This document shows, piece by piece, positions 29,425-39,816 of a stretch of 64,000 nucleotides of DNA. Every line of letters starts with the position of its first letter. Within the stretch, counting starts at the first letter, position 1. Both the position numbers and the translations under genes were made by a program. Source of the stretch: Terriglobia bacterium (GTDB lineage: Bacteria; Acidobacteriota; Terriglobia; 20CM-2-55-15); NCBI GenBank assembly GCA_965198225.1, contig CBDAOY010000005.1:847065-911064 (forward strand). The letters run 5' to 3'. The notes beneath the pieces were generated by a model. It searched no databases, had not been told where the DNA came from, and worked only from the letters and a program-made list of their open reading frames with translations.

Positions 29425-29575
29425 TCGGAACTCCTTGACGCCATCTTCCTGGCACGTTTAATTGCAGCGCATATTGTATTTCGAGTGACGGCCAAACGTC
29501 ACCCGGCCTCGGCCGGCGTGCTCGATTGCGCCCCGACCGTCAGAGGCTGTATCCTGATGCGGCCGGAAGGATAAC

Positions 29576-30595
29576 ATGCAGCATGAAGAACGCTTGTCCG
29601 CCGATGCCGGGTTGAAGCGATTCGTACGGTATGCGGTTGCGCTGCCCGTCGCGATGTTCGTCTTTGCTGGGACTGCGCACGCACAGCGGGCGTATGTCTC
29701 CAACGAACGTGACGGTACGATCACGATCATCGACACGTCGACCGATTCGGTCGTGGACTCGATCTTTGTGGGCTCTCGCCCTCGGGGGATTCAGTTGTTG
29801 CCCAGCAGACGGGGGCTCTACGTCGCGCTCTCCCGACCGCCGGATGACCTTATCTCACCTTTCGAGGAGAAACTCGCCATCATCGCGCTCAGCTCGTACA
29901 AAGTTCTGCGTCTGCTCGACGTGGGGTCGGAACCCGTGAATTTCTCTTTCCTGGGAATCAGCGAATACGCCATTGTGGCGAACGGTAATGCCGAGACGGC
30001 CTCGGTCGTGGACGTCGCGGGCCTTCGTGTCCTCACGAAGGTGACGGTCGGAGCCCAACCCGAGGCGGTCGCGACATCACCGGACGGCCGCTGGACGTAC
30101 GTGGCCTCGGAGGTTGCGAATCAGGTGACCGTCATCGACAGTCAGGCGCTTCACGATACCCGGTCGTTCGATACCGGGCCCCGACCCAAGGGTATTGCAT
30201 TCTCGCCGGATGGAGCGCGGGCGTATGTCACTTCGGCGGATGGCGCGAGCGTTGCGATCATCGACGCCCGTCGCCATGAGCCTGTCGGTTCGATCGAGCT
30301 CCGGGAGGGTTCCCGACCCAACGGCATCGTGCTGTCAGCCGACGGCAGCCGAGCCTACGTGTCGAATGGTCTCGGAGCGGATGTCGCCGTGCTCGACCTG
30401 CAGACCGGGGAGGCGATCAGCTACATCCCTGCCGGGGAACGGGTCTGGGGCATTGCCCTGACCCCAGACGGCCGAAAGCTCTACGCGGCGGACAGTCTGG
30501 GTAACGAGATCGCGGTCATCGATACCGAAACGCTGGAGGTTGTCCGAACAATAGCGACAGGAGACGGCCCCTGGGGCATCGTCATCGGTCCTTGA
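29576..30595 (+). CDS. YVTN-type beta-propeller protein, probably secreted
   Basis: Repeated AYVSN..TI..ID, G..P.GIA.SPDG..YV units. Confidence 0.88.
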   Translation: MQHEERLSADAGLKRFVRYAVALPVAMFVFAGTAHAQRAYVSNERDGTITIIDTSTDSVVDSIFVGSRPRGIQLLPSRRGLYVALSRPPDDLISPFEEKLAIIALSSYKVLRLLDVGSEPVNFSFLGISEYAIVANGNAETASVVDVAGLRVLTKVTVGAQPEAVATSPDGRWTYVASEVANQVTVIDSQALHDTRSFDTGPRPKGIAFSPDGARAYVTSADGASVAIIDARRHEPVGSIELREGSRPNGIVLSADGSRAYVSNGLGADVAVLDLQTGEAISYIPAGERVWGIALTPDGRKLYAADSLGNEIAVIDTETLEVVRTIATGDGPWGIVIGP

Positions 30596-31177
30596 ATGCC
30601 GGCCGAACTCACTTCCCGCCAGCGAAGGCTATGGCTGAGTGCGGTGATTGTGGTCCTCCTCGTTCTGACCGCCCTCCAGCTTAATAGCCAGGGTCGTCTG
30701 TGGCTGTGCTCCTGCGGCGAGTTGTACCTCTGGGCAGGCGACATCAACAGCGCGCACAATTCGCAGCATCTCCTCGATCCCTACAGTTTCACCCACCTGC
30801 TTCATGGCCTGGCGTTCTTCTGGCTCCTGACGTTGGCGGCGGGGCGACTCTCTTCGGAACTGCACGTCGGTCTGACCGTTCTGATGGAGTCTGTCTGGGA
30901 GGTCGTCGAAAACTCCCGCTTCATCATCGACCGCTACCGTGAGGCGACGATAGCGCTCGGCTATGAAGGAGACACTATCGTGAACTCCATGGCGGACATT
31001 GCGATCTGTACGGGGGGCTTCGTGCTGGGCGTCTACCTGGGTCTACGCCGTTCTATCGTGCTGTTTGCGGCGACCGAGGTCGTGCTGGCGTTCTGGATCC
31101 GAGACGGTCTGTTGCTGAACATTGTGATGTTGATCTACCCGTTCGAGGCGATCAAATCCTGGCAGATGGGGCTTTAG
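30596..31177 (+). CDS. DUF2585 (UPF0314) membrane protein
   Basis: GRLWLCSCG, NSQHLLDPYSFTH..HG, WEVVENS.FII.RYR, Y.GD.IVNS, IRD.L.LN. Confidence 0.9.
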   Translation: MPAELTSRQRRLWLSAVIVVLLVLTALQLNSQGRLWLCSCGELYLWAGDINSAHNSQHLLDPYSFTHLLHGLAFFWLLTLAAGRLSSELHVGLTVLMESVWEVVENSRFIIDRYREATIALGYEGDTIVNSMADIAICTGGFVLGVYLGLRRSIVLFAATEVVLAFWIRDGLLLNIVMLIYPFEAIKSWQMGL

Positions 31178-32767
31178 CGGAGTCTCGTCCCTCCCCGAGG
31201 ACAGATGGGGAGCTTCGACACCTGCCGAGCCTTCTTCGTGCGGCCCGCCCTTCGATTTCAGACTCAAACGCAGCCCTTCCACGATCAGCCCGAAGATGTT
31301 CGGCGAGTGCTGCAGGAGCAGAGAAAACCATTGCGACTTCCGCATCTGTGGGAAATAGATTCCCCGAAACGCGAGGGAGGCGCAGAACAGGGTCGCTCGC
31401 TCGACGAACGGACGATGGGCGATTTTCCGGAGTCCCGCCGTGATGCCGGAGCGGGAATAGGATCGTCGCCAGGCTCCGCGCACCTCGGTCTCGGCCTGGG
31501 GGATCGTGAGGTTCCGGGGTGTGAAAGCCATCCTGAACGGGCGGAAGTCGAGCCAATGTGTCGGGCGCGTCAAGCGGCCTTCATCGGCCAATCGATCATA
31601 GAGCGGTGTGGCCGGGTACGGGGTGAGCAGGCCGTAGACGGGCAGACCGGGGGGCCAGCTCTCAATCTGTTCCACCGTCCGATCTGCGACACCAGGCGTA
31701 TCGCCGTCCATTCCGAATATGAAGGAGGTGATCGCATACACACCGCGATCGGCCAGACGGTTCAGAATCCCTCCGTATTCCGCCGGTTTGTTGAAACCCT
31801 TGCTGACCTCCTTCAGGCTGGCGGGGTCGATCGACTCCATTCCGATGAAGACCCAGCGTCCGCCGCTATCGGCGATCAAATCCAGCAGTTCCTCGTCGCG
31901 CAGGAGGTTGATGCTGATCTGCGCGACCCAGGGGATGACTGCATCCCTCGCGATGATTTCACGAAGCAGCGACTTGGTTCGCTTCACGTTGATCGCGAAG
32001 TTGTCGTCGATGAAGAAAGCCGCGATCTTGCCGGGGTCTCGGTCTGCGCGTTCTTTCAGCAGCAACAGCTCTTCGACGACACTTTCGTTGGAGCGGAAGC
32101 GGATGGAATCGCCGAAGAACCCGGTCACGGTGCAAAAATCACATCCATAGGGGCATCCCCTGCCCGACTCGATCGGAACGACGTGCAGGGTCTTCCACGA
32201 CCACCCAAGCTTCCGCAGCACAAACCGCACAGCCGAGGGAATCGGCCGCAGCAAGTTGAATTGCTCAAGGTCGAGTGTGTCCCAGGGAATTCTCGGATAC
32301 TCAGCCAGGTCCGGCTTGATCTCGGTTCCCGAAGCATCGACCGGGGCGTAGATCTCCTGCAGTTGTCCCCGGGCGGCATCCTCGACGATCCTGGGCCAGG
32401 TTTGATCGGCCTCTCCCAGCGCAACGGCGTCCGCGTGTCTCGGCTCACCGCTCCGGCCCAGAGGTTCGTCCGGTACTTCGGTCACGTGGGGACCGCCGAA
32501 CACCACCTTGGCTCCCGCCGCGCGTATGGCGTCCGCTGCCCGGTATGCGCGTGCCGCCATACGGGTCATCGCACCGATCCCGACCAGCTCGATTTCGTTG
32601 GTCCGGACGTAGGAGGCCAGCTCGGACTCCGACATCGGCCGGGCGTTACCGTCGATGAGAAACACACGGTGTTCCGCGGGCGTCAGAGACTTCAGCAGGA
32701 ACATCCATAGATGCGGCATGAAGTTCCGAGTGACCCCGTTGTCGGGGTTATATAGAAGGATGTTCAT
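31043..32767 (-). CDS. B12-binding-domain radical SAM protein
   Basis: GGPHVT, GEAD, RGCPYGCDFC (CxxxCxxC), FIDDN, IGMES, FIFGMDGD, TPYPATPLY. Confidence 0.9.
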   Translation of the reverse strand: MNILLYNPDNGVTRNFMPHLWMFLLKSLTPAEHRVFLIDGNARPMSESELASYVRTNEIELVGIGAMTRMAARAYRAADAIRAAGAKVVFGGPHVTEVPDEPLGRSGEPRHADAVALGEADQTWPRIVEDAARGQLQEIYAPVDASGTEIKPDLAEYPRIPWDTLDLEQFNLLRPIPSAVRFVLRKLGWSWKTLHVVPIESGRGCPYGCDFCTVTGFFGDSIRFRSNESVVEELLLLKERADRDPGKIAAFFIDDNFAINVKRTKSLLREIIARDAVIPWVAQISINLLRDEELLDLIADSGGRWVFIGMESIDPASLKEVSKGFNKPAEYGGILNRLADRGVYAITSFIFGMDGDTPGVADRTVEQIESWPPGLPVYGLLTPYPATPLYDRLADEGRLTRPTHWLDFRPFRMAFTPRNLTIPQAETEVRGAWRRSYSRSGITAGLRKIAHRPFVERATLFCASLAFRGIYFPQMRKSQWFSLLLQHSPNIFGLIVEGLRLSLKSKGGPHEEGSAGVEAPHLSSGRDETPLKPHLPGFDRLERVDQHHNVQQQTVSDPERQHDLGRRKQHDRTA

Positions 32768-33188
32768 AGGGGCCGATGCTGAGGATTCAGGTCCGAGGGA
32801 TGGTGCGTCCCTTTAGCGCGTCCTGCCTCAAAGGCGCGTTCGTGCAAACAAACCCGAAGGGAGTGTACGACCATGTGGTTGAGAAGTAAATAGAGATCGG
32901 GGTAGTGCAACAGAAAACTGTAGCACTACCGAGCTCGGATAGGCGAACGGGCCGGCGAGCCTGTTTCGAAGGGAAGTGGCTTCACAGGGCGTTCGGTTTG
33001 TTGGCGGCCAGGAGCCCCACTTCCAGGCTGTGCGCCTGGTCATTCCACGTTGACCGGGTAGGACGCCGGGCATAGAATCGGGAAACGCTCAACGAAAGGT
33101 TCTGAATGCGATCTTGATCCAGGCAGCGACGTAGGGTTGCCACCGTGGAGCAACCAGTACGTCCGGCGAAGGTTCAATAGGAGACGCA

Positions 33189-34166
33189 ATGGCACAAGAT
33201 AAGGAGTTCTCCGAATCCAAACTCAAGGAACAGAAAGCACCTGGCGCGGCCCAACCTCAAAAACCGCGGCCGACGATGACGCGGCGCGACTTTCTGAAAA
33301 AGGGCAATACCGGCGCCGTCGCGGTCGGTGTCATGAGCGGCGCCGGCTTCGCCGCCCTGGTTCCCGAACCGGCGACAGCGACCCAATCCACCCCGGCCGA
33401 TCCTGTAACGAGTCGCCGAGTGACGCTCGACATCGATGGAAAAGAACACGATGTCACGGTCGATGTGCGGGAGAGCTTGTGGGAGACCATGAATTACCAG
33501 TTGGGCCTGTCCAACTGCAACCTGGGCTGCGACCGTGCCCAGTGTGGCGCGTGCACCGTGGTCATGGATGGCCGGGCGGTCAACGGGTGTGCTCTCCTGA
33601 CGGCGCGTTGCGGCCGCGGCCAGGAAATCGTGACCGTGGCCAGTCTCGCGGATGGGCCCGGCGTCGAAGGGCTGCATCCGCTTCAGCGCGCTTTCTGGTT
33701 CGAGGGGGGGTTCCAGTGCGGCATCTGCACGCGCGGTTTCATCATGGCCTCCCACGCCCTGCTCGAGGACAACCCGAACCCGACGACGGCAGAAATCAAA
33801 GAAGCGCTCGCGGGCAACATCTGCCGCTGCGGCGAATACCCCAAGATACTGAACGCGGTGAGGAAAGCGGCAGCCGAATTACGGGGCGAGCAGATCACAT
33901 ACGCCGCGCCGTTGATTTCGGGCGAGGAGCCCGCGCCCACCGAGGTCGCCGGAGGAAGAACCTCCAGGCAGTTCTCGTTCGCAACAGCGCTGGGCACGAT
34001 CGAGGATTATGACGAACTGGCTGCCGAGCTGGCTCTGAGGCCCGGCATCCTGGACGTGTCGGGGACCGAACGCACGATCACGCCCACCTGGGACCCCGCC
34101 AGGCTCGATGAAGCCAGGGTCCGACAGATCCTTGAGGAATTGGGCCACGCCGTGAGGCCGGACTAA
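33189..34166 (+). CDS. xanthine-oxidase-family 2x[2Fe-2S] subunit with Tat signal and C-terminal extension
   Basis: TRRDFLK, GCDRAQCGACTV, FQCGICTRGF, GNICRCGEY. Confidence 0.92.
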   Translation: MAQDKEFSESKLKEQKAPGAAQPQKPRPTMTRRDFLKKGNTGAVAVGVMSGAGFAALVPEPATATQSTPADPVTSRRVTLDIDGKEHDVTVDVRESLWETMNYQLGLSNCNLGCDRAQCGACTVVMDGRAVNGCALLTARCGRGQEIVTVASLADGPGVEGLHPLQRAFWFEGGFQCGICTRGFIMASHALLEDNPNPTTAEIKEALAGNICRCGEYPKILNAVRKAAAELRGEQITYAAPLISGEEPAPTEVAGGRTSRQFSFATALGTIEDYDELAAELALRPGILDVSGTERTITPTWDPARLDEARVRQILEELGHAVRPD

Positions 34167-34178
34167 GGAGGAAACGAC

Positions 34179-36668
34179 ATGGAGCAAAAAGTTGACGCCC
34201 TGCGAGTCGTTCAAGACCCCGCCTACGCGGCCCGGCTGACGGACGCCGAATGGCGGACCCTTGCCGACGACCCCGAATGGAACGAGCTCGTCGGAGAATA
34301 CGCCGAGATGGTCGAACCTGTGATGGAGCTCTATGCTTCGAACCTGGGTGTGCCGGCGCCTCGTGCCGTCGCTCCGGGCCCGCCGCCTCAACAAGAGCCG
34401 GAACGGTTCGAGGTCATCGGCAAGCCGATTCCTCGCCTGCACGGTCTGGGCGTGGTCACAAACCTCGGCCAATACGTCCAGAACATGCGGATGAACGGAA
34501 TGCTCTTTACCCGGACCCTTCGAAGCCCGTATCCCCATGCGCGGATCACGAGCGTCCGGACGGAGAGGGCGGAGCGGATGCCCGGCGTGGTGGCCGTGCT
34601 GCACCGCGGCAACCTTCCGGCCGAGTACCGGGATGTGCGATTGGGAAGCGGCCCCCCGAACCGCTACCTGTTCAACGAGGAGGTGTTTCAGGTCGGGGCG
34701 CCGGTGGCGGTCGTGGCGGCCGAAAGCGAACACATCGCCGATGAGGCCGTCCGCGAGATCGACGTCGACTACCAGACCCTTCCGGCCACCCTGGGCATGA
34801 TGGAAGGAGCCGGGCCGTTCGCCCTCAAGCAATGGGACAACACGGAAGACGGGACGATTATCTCTGTGACACCGCCCCTGGTCCGGGGTGAACCGGACGG
34901 TGCGCGCGCCGACACCACGATCGATGAGGTCCTGACCAAATCCACGGAACAGCACCTGGCGCTGGAGCTGACCAACTCCCTGATGTACTGGGATCAGGAT
35001 CGTCTGGTCGTGTATTACACGAACCAGCACGCGCACGGCACCCGGGCCGGTCTTTCGCAGGCGCTCAAGATTCCGGCGAACCGCATCCGTGTGATCCAGC
35101 CCGGCTACATGGGATCGGGGTACGGCTATCGGTCGCGCAACGACGTGGCCGAGGTGCACGCGGCCATCCTGGCTCGGATGACCGGGCGTCCCATCAAGAC
35201 GATGTACACCCGGGAGGAAGACTTCATCACGCGCACACACCGGCCGCAATTCCGTAACGAAATGAGGCTCGGCGTCAACCGCGAAGGAAAGATTCAATTC
35301 GGTCAATTCCGGGTGTTTGCCAATGTCGGCGCCCAGCGTGGGGGCGGTGCCAATGGGGCGTGGTATCCGATGCAGCACCTCTATTCGATCCCGAACCTGA
35401 AGCTCGAGGCGACCGACATTTTCACAAACAGCTACCGGTCCGGACCCTACCGTTGCGTGAGCCATCCGAACGGGACCTTCGCCCTCGAGATGATGGTCGA
35501 GAGGGCGGCTGACGCTATCGGTATGGATCCAGTGGAGCTTCGGCTCCAGAACCTCAACGAGGAAGGGAACCTCGATACGGGCAGGCCGTTCAGCAACCCC
35601 GGCATCCGGGACTGCATCAACGCCGCAGCCGACCGCATCGACTGGGCGCAGACCTGGCACGCTCCCCGCGCCAGGGAGCTGCGGCCCGGCGTCTACCATG
35701 GCATCGGCCTCTCGGCCCACGCCTGCAGCCATGGCGGCGGAACAAACCCGGCAACCGGTCAGGTGATCGTCAACACAGACGGGAGCGTGCAGTGCGTTTC
35801 CGGCTCCACAGAAATCGGACCGGGACAGCGGACACAGATGGCCATGATTGCCGCCGAGGCGCTCGGCGTGCCCCTGGAAACGGTCAGCATTGCTCCGTAT
35901 GTGGACACCGACAACACGACCGATACGGGAAGCACGAGCGGCAGCCGGCAGACCAATACCGGCGGTCGCGGTATGTACGAAGCGGCCGTCGATGCCAAGA
36001 ACCAGATTCTGAGATACGCCGCCGAAAGACTCATCAGGGACGCGAGCCGGCGCAACGAGCAGCTCCAGATCACCCCGGAGGAGTTGGACATCGAGAACGG
36101 CGAGGTCTTTGTGAAGGCGGATCCATCGACCAGGCTCCCGATGGGAGTCGTGGTGCAGTCGGCCGGTTTCTCCATCCTCGGCCGGGCAATCTACAGGCAG
36201 GACACCGACTGGCAGCGAACGGCCTGGGCGTCGCATGCCGCTGAAGTCGAAGTCGACACCGGTACCGGAACGGTCACCGTCACGAGGTATGTGGCAGCCC
36301 ACGACGTTGGACGGGCGATCAACCCGTTCGCGCTGGAACAACAGATCGAGGGCGGCGTCGTCATGGCGCTCGGCGCCGTGCTGAACGAAGAACTGCTGGT
36401 CGACTCCGGGACGGGCTTGCCGCTGAATGCGAACATGCTGGACTATCGGGCGCCCAGCATCCTGGACGTGCCCGACGAGATTGAAGTCGTCCTGATCGAG
36501 AAGCCCAAGGCATACGGAGTTTTCGGTGCGCACGGGATCGGCGAACCGCCGATGTCTCCCCCCGCGCCGGCAGTGGCGGCGGCCGTCCACAACGCTGTCG
36601 GAGTGTGGATGGACGACATGCCGATAACACGGGAAAAGTTGTTCGCCCAACTCAGGAACGTGAGGTAA
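34179..36668 (+). CDS. xanthine dehydrogenase family molybdopterin-binding subunit
   Basis: LRSPYPHARI, GSGYG, TEIGPG, GSTSGSR, HDVGRAINP, QIEGG, GIGEPP. Confidence 0.93.
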   Translation: MEQKVDALRVVQDPAYAARLTDAEWRTLADDPEWNELVGEYAEMVEPVMELYASNLGVPAPRAVAPGPPPQQEPERFEVIGKPIPRLHGLGVVTNLGQYVQNMRMNGMLFTRTLRSPYPHARITSVRTERAERMPGVVAVLHRGNLPAEYRDVRLGSGPPNRYLFNEEVFQVGAPVAVVAAESEHIADEAVREIDVDYQTLPATLGMMEGAGPFALKQWDNTEDGTIISVTPPLVRGEPDGARADTTIDEVLTKSTEQHLALELTNSLMYWDQDRLVVYYTNQHAHGTRAGLSQALKIPANRIRVIQPGYMGSGYGYRSRNDVAEVHAAILARMTGRPIKTMYTREEDFITRTHRPQFRNEMRLGVNREGKIQFGQFRVFANVGAQRGGGANGAWYPMQHLYSIPNLKLEATDIFTNSYRSGPYRCVSHPNGTFALEMMVERAADAIGMDPVELRLQNLNEEGNLDTGRPFSNPGIRDCINAAADRIDWAQTWHAPRARELRPGVYHGIGLSAHACSHGGGTNPATGQVIVNTDGSVQCVSGSTEIGPGQRTQMAMIAAEALGVPLETVSIAPYVDTDNTTDTGSTSGSRQTNTGGRGMYEAAVDAKNQILRYAAERLIRDASRRNEQLQITPEELDIENGEVFVKADPSTRLPMGVVVQSAGFSILGRAIYRQDTDWQRTAWASHAAEVEVDTGTGTVTVTRYVAAHDVGRAINPFALEQQIEGGVVMALGAVLNEELLVDSGTGLPLNANMLDYRAPSILDVPDEIEVVLIEKPKAYGVFGAHGIGEPPMSPPAPAVAAAVHNAVGVWMDDMPITREKLFAQLRNVR

Positions 36669-36673
36669 CCGAG

Positions 36674-37666
36674 ATGAAGAGCTTTGAACTCCACGAACCC
36701 ACGACAGTTCGCGAAGCGGTCGAAACGCTAGACAGGCTCGGTTCCAAGGCCAAAGTCCTTGCGGGCGGAAGCGATCTTGTTTCCGGCGTGATGAAGGACT
36801 GGGTGGAAGGCGACGGCATGCCCCTGCCCGAGGCGCTGGTCGACCTGACGACCATCCCTCAACTCGAAGGCATAACCCTCGACGAGAGCGGTGCCACGAT
36901 CGGGGCCAACACGACCCTGACCACCATCGTCGAATCCGAGGCGCTCGTCGAACGGTTCCCGCTGCTCACCGAAGCTGCTGCCAGCGTGGCTTCGAAGCTG
37001 ATACGCAATTTCGCCACGCTGGGCGGCAACATCAACCAGCGGCCGCGCTGCTGGTTCTTCAGGGGGAAGGATTTCGATTGCTTGAAGAAAGGCGGCGACT
37101 TCTGCTTCTCCGTCGGCGGCGACAATCGTTACCATGCCATCATCGGTAGCGATCAGTGCTACATCGTCCATCCGTCCGATACGGCCACGGCCCTGCTCGC
37201 TTTGAATGCCCAAGCGAGAATTGCCGGACCCGACGGTGAACGGATAGTCCCCTTCGACGACTACTTCATCAGTCCGAGCCAAGACATCCTGCGCGAAAAC
37301 ATCCTCCAGGACAACGAATTGCTGATGGAGGTGTTCCTACCCACTCCTGCCCAAGGTACGAAGCAAGCCTGGATGAAACTGAAGAACCGCCAGGTCTATG
37401 ACTTTGCCCTCGTCTCGGTCGCCGCGGCATTCACGGCGGACAACGACACCTGGAACGAGGGTCGCATCGTGCTGGGCGGTGTGGCGCCGGTCCCGTACCG
37501 GGCCACGGTGATCGAAGACCAGCTTCGGGGCACAAACGCCAGGAGCGGCGCCAGGCAGGCCGCCGCCTTGATCCGCACCGTCGCGCGCCCGATGAGCATG
37601 AACGCCTACAAGGTGGACATCGCCCAGAACATGGTGGAGCGAACCATCCTGCAGGGGCTCGGATAG
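36674..37666 (+). CDS. xanthine dehydrogenase family FAD-binding subunit (with Cys-rich 4Fe-4S insert)
   Basis: LAGGSDL, IRNFATLGGNI.QRPRCW.FR..C.KKGG..C..C...HPSD, DFALVS, GGVAPVP. Confidence 0.93.
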   Translation: MKSFELHEPTTVREAVETLDRLGSKAKVLAGGSDLVSGVMKDWVEGDGMPLPEALVDLTTIPQLEGITLDESGATIGANTTLTTIVESEALVERFPLLTEAAASVASKLIRNFATLGGNINQRPRCWFFRGKDFDCLKKGGDFCFSVGGDNRYHAIIGSDQCYIVHPSDTATALLALNAQARIAGPDGERIVPFDDYFISPSQDILRENILQDNELLMEVFLPTPAQGTKQAWMKLKNRQVYDFALVSVAAAFTADNDTWNEGRIVLGGVAPVPYRATVIEDQLRGTNARSGARQAAALIRTVARPMSMNAYKVDIAQNMVERTILQGLG

Positions 37667-37669
37667 GAC

Positions 37670-38243
37670 AACCACCCCGTCTGCACCTTCGGTGCATCCA
37701 CCCCTCCTTATTCTAAGGAGGGGAGCCCGGGGTGGCGCGAAGCGCCGGGATGGTGTTGACCAAGAAAACCATCCCCGTCTGTCTGAGGCGTATCTAGACT
37801 AAGAAAACCATTCCCGTCTGCACCTGTCGCCCAGAACCCGGTGTAGGTGCGGTCTATGACCGCACAACTCGTGGCACCGCGTGCCGTCCACTCGGGGGTC
37901 CGTGCACCGTGCGGTCATAGACCGCACCTACACCGACCTACGTTTCCACTCTAATCGGGAAGTGACGAAACTTCGGAATCGGGTGTAGGTGTGCTTCGTG
38001 AGCGCAGGTTGCACTCCCCTCCTCAGATGAGGAGGGGTGGCGCGAAGCGCCGGGGTGGTGTTGACCAAGAAAACCATCCCGTCTGTCTGAGGCGTATCTA
38101 GTCCAAGAAAACCATCCCCGTCTGCACCTGTCGCCCAGAACCCGGTGTAGGTGCGGTCTATGACCGCACAACTCGTGGCACCGCGTGCTGTCCACTCGGG
38201 GGTCCGTGCACCGTGCGGTCATAGACCGCACCTACACCGACCT
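37670..38243. repeat. composite REP region with a ~210-bp direct duplication
   Basis: 37731-37939 is nearly identical to 38036-38243; contains GTAG REP doublets and CCCCTCCT..AGGAGGGG palindromes. Confidence 0.88.
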
Positions 38244-38254
38244 GCGGCACCCGG

Positions 38255-39115
38255 CTAGTCAGGCTCCGGTTTCTGGACTGCGCTCGTGCGGTCGGGCCGG
38301 GGAAGACTCGTCACGGCCTGTATGCAGTTGAGCGCCGAGCCGTGGATCACGTCGTTGCTCGCGATGTAGCCCCCGTCGGAGTAGAGCCAGGTGAGACCAT
38401 CGGCGTCGGTCAGTATTCCACCGGCACGCTCGAGGATCAGGCTGGCCGCCGCAACGTCCCATATCGTCAAATCCAGATGCCAGTAAGCGTGCAGTCGGCC
38501 GGCGGCAACGTTGCAGAGTCCCAGCGCCGGCGAACCCATCAGGGTGCACTGGTTGACCTGGTCGGCCATCAGTCCCAGGATCAGCCTGGTCTGTTCACGA
38601 CTCTCACCACCCTGAGGCCAGTCTGTTCCGACGATTGCGCTCTCCCAGGCTTCGGTGCCTTCCAATATCTGCTGAACGACAATCTTTTTGTCGTTGAGGA
38701 TCGCCGGGGTTTCGGTCGTCGCCTCAAACAGCTCGTCCCGACAAGGATCGTAAACGACACCGACGTGGATGGCGCCCTCGGACCGTAGAGCCACCGAAAC
38801 TCCAAAGTAAGGGATGCCCTGGACAAAGTTCAGGCTGCCGCAGATCGGGTCCACGATCCAGAGTTGGGGAGCGTCCACGGGCATGGGCGCGTCCTCCGGC
38901 CCTTCTCTGGCCAGGATCCCGGCCTCAGGAAATTCCGTCAGAATGACCGAGACGATCGCTTCCTGAACTTCCAGGGAAGCCTCGGATGCCACGTCCCGCA
39001 GGCCCTTCCATTTCAGATAGCCCGGTTCGCCAAGGCGGGCCCGAGCCAATTCGCCGCCCTTACGTGCCGCGCGTATCGCAACCTCGAGAGCCTGGTTGGT
39101 GTCGGGTGTTTCCAC
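38255..39115 (-). CDS. inositol monophosphatase family protein
   Basis: WIVDPICGSLNF, GVVYDP, GS.ALGLC.VAAGR, WDVAAA.LI. Confidence 0.88.
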   Translation of the reverse strand: METPDTNQALEVAIRAARKGGELARARLGEPGYLKWKGLRDVASEASLEVQEAIVSVILTEFPEAGILAREGPEDAPMPVDAPQLWIVDPICGSLNFVQGIPYFGVSVALRSEGAIHVGVVYDPCRDELFEATTETPAILNDKKIVVQQILEGTEAWESAIVGTDWPQGGESREQTRLILGLMADQVNQCTLMGSPALGLCNVAAGRLHAYWHLDLTIWDVAAASLILERAGGILTDADGLTWLYSDGGYIASNDVIHGSALNCIQAVTSLPRPDRTSAVQKPEPD

Positions 39116-39221
39116 GGTTTACAGTATATATTGAGCTTTTCATCACACCGAAAAGTGGTCGCAGACCTTCGGTTCTTGGCCAGCGAGAAGGGGCGGACCC
39201 TCTGATAGTGAGAAGACGCGA

Positions 39222-39806
39222 GTGACGAAGCCTGCATCGGCGGAAGTAACCAAGCTGCTGTTGGCCTGGGGTGACGGGGACAAGGACGCCCTCGGGCGGC
39301 TGATGCCTCTCGTCGAACGGGAGCTACACCGACTGGCTCATATGTATATGGTCGGGGAGCGTCAGGGGCACACGCTGCAGACTTCGGCGCTGGTCAACGA
39401 AGCCTACTTGAAACTCGTCGATGTCCGGCGCGTCGAATGGCAGAACCGGGCGCATTTCTTCGGGGTGTCCGCCCAGCTGATGCGGCGGATTCTCGTCGAT
39501 TTCGCCCGGCGACGACGATATCAGAAACGTGGCGGGGGCGTGCCGCCCGTCACACTGAACGAGGAGTTGGTCGGGGCCCCGGATCAACCCCAGGACCTGA
39601 TCGCGATCGATGATGCCTTGAACGCCCTGGCCGAGGTCGATCCGAGGAAAGTACGCATTGTCGAGTTGCGGTTCTTCTCCGGCCTGAGCGTGCGGGAGAC
39701 AGCCGAGGCGCTGAAGGTCTCCGAGGACACGGTCTTCCGCGACTGGAGGTTGGCCAAGGCCTGGTTGAAGCGCCATTTGAAACAGCAACAGAGCGCCGAG
39801 GACTGA
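39222..39806 (+). CDS. ECF sigma factor of the Ser/Thr-kinase-associated type
   Basis: VT.LL.AW..GD..A, HTLQTSALVNEAYL, NRAHFF, MRRILVD.AR, KRGG, VELRFF.GL, RDWRLAKAWL. Confidence 0.92.
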   Translation: MTKPASAEVTKLLLAWGDGDKDALGRLMPLVERELHRLAHMYMVGERQGHTLQTSALVNEAYLKLVDVRRVEWQNRAHFFGVSAQLMRRILVDFARRRRYQKRGGGVPPVTLNEELVGAPDQPQDLIAIDDALNALAEVDPRKVRIVELRFFSGLSVRETAEALKVSEDTVFRDWRLAKAWLKRHLKQQQSAED

Positions 39807-39816
39807 CCGACCCCGC

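Noticed and set aside
29450-29466. sigma54-like TGGCACG..TTGC
   Set aside because: The GG-GC spacing is one base longer than the strict -24/-12 consensus.
31043-31177. 135-bp convergent overlap of the radical SAM and DUF2585 genes
   Set aside because: The tail is not domain-like; most likely a lost stop codon rather than a functional feature.
33879-36650. long antisense ORFs (also 2671-4203, 11873-13387, 31205-32710 and others)
   Set aside because: Shadow ORFs of high-GC genes with no recognisable motifs.
34179-36668. aerobic CO dehydrogenase CoxL
   Set aside because: It lacks the AYxCSFR/AYRGAGR active-site loop (has PYRCVSH).
37670-38243. possible CRISPR array
   Set aside because: Repeats are inverted doublets with duplicated rather than unique spacers, and there are no cas genes; they are REPs.
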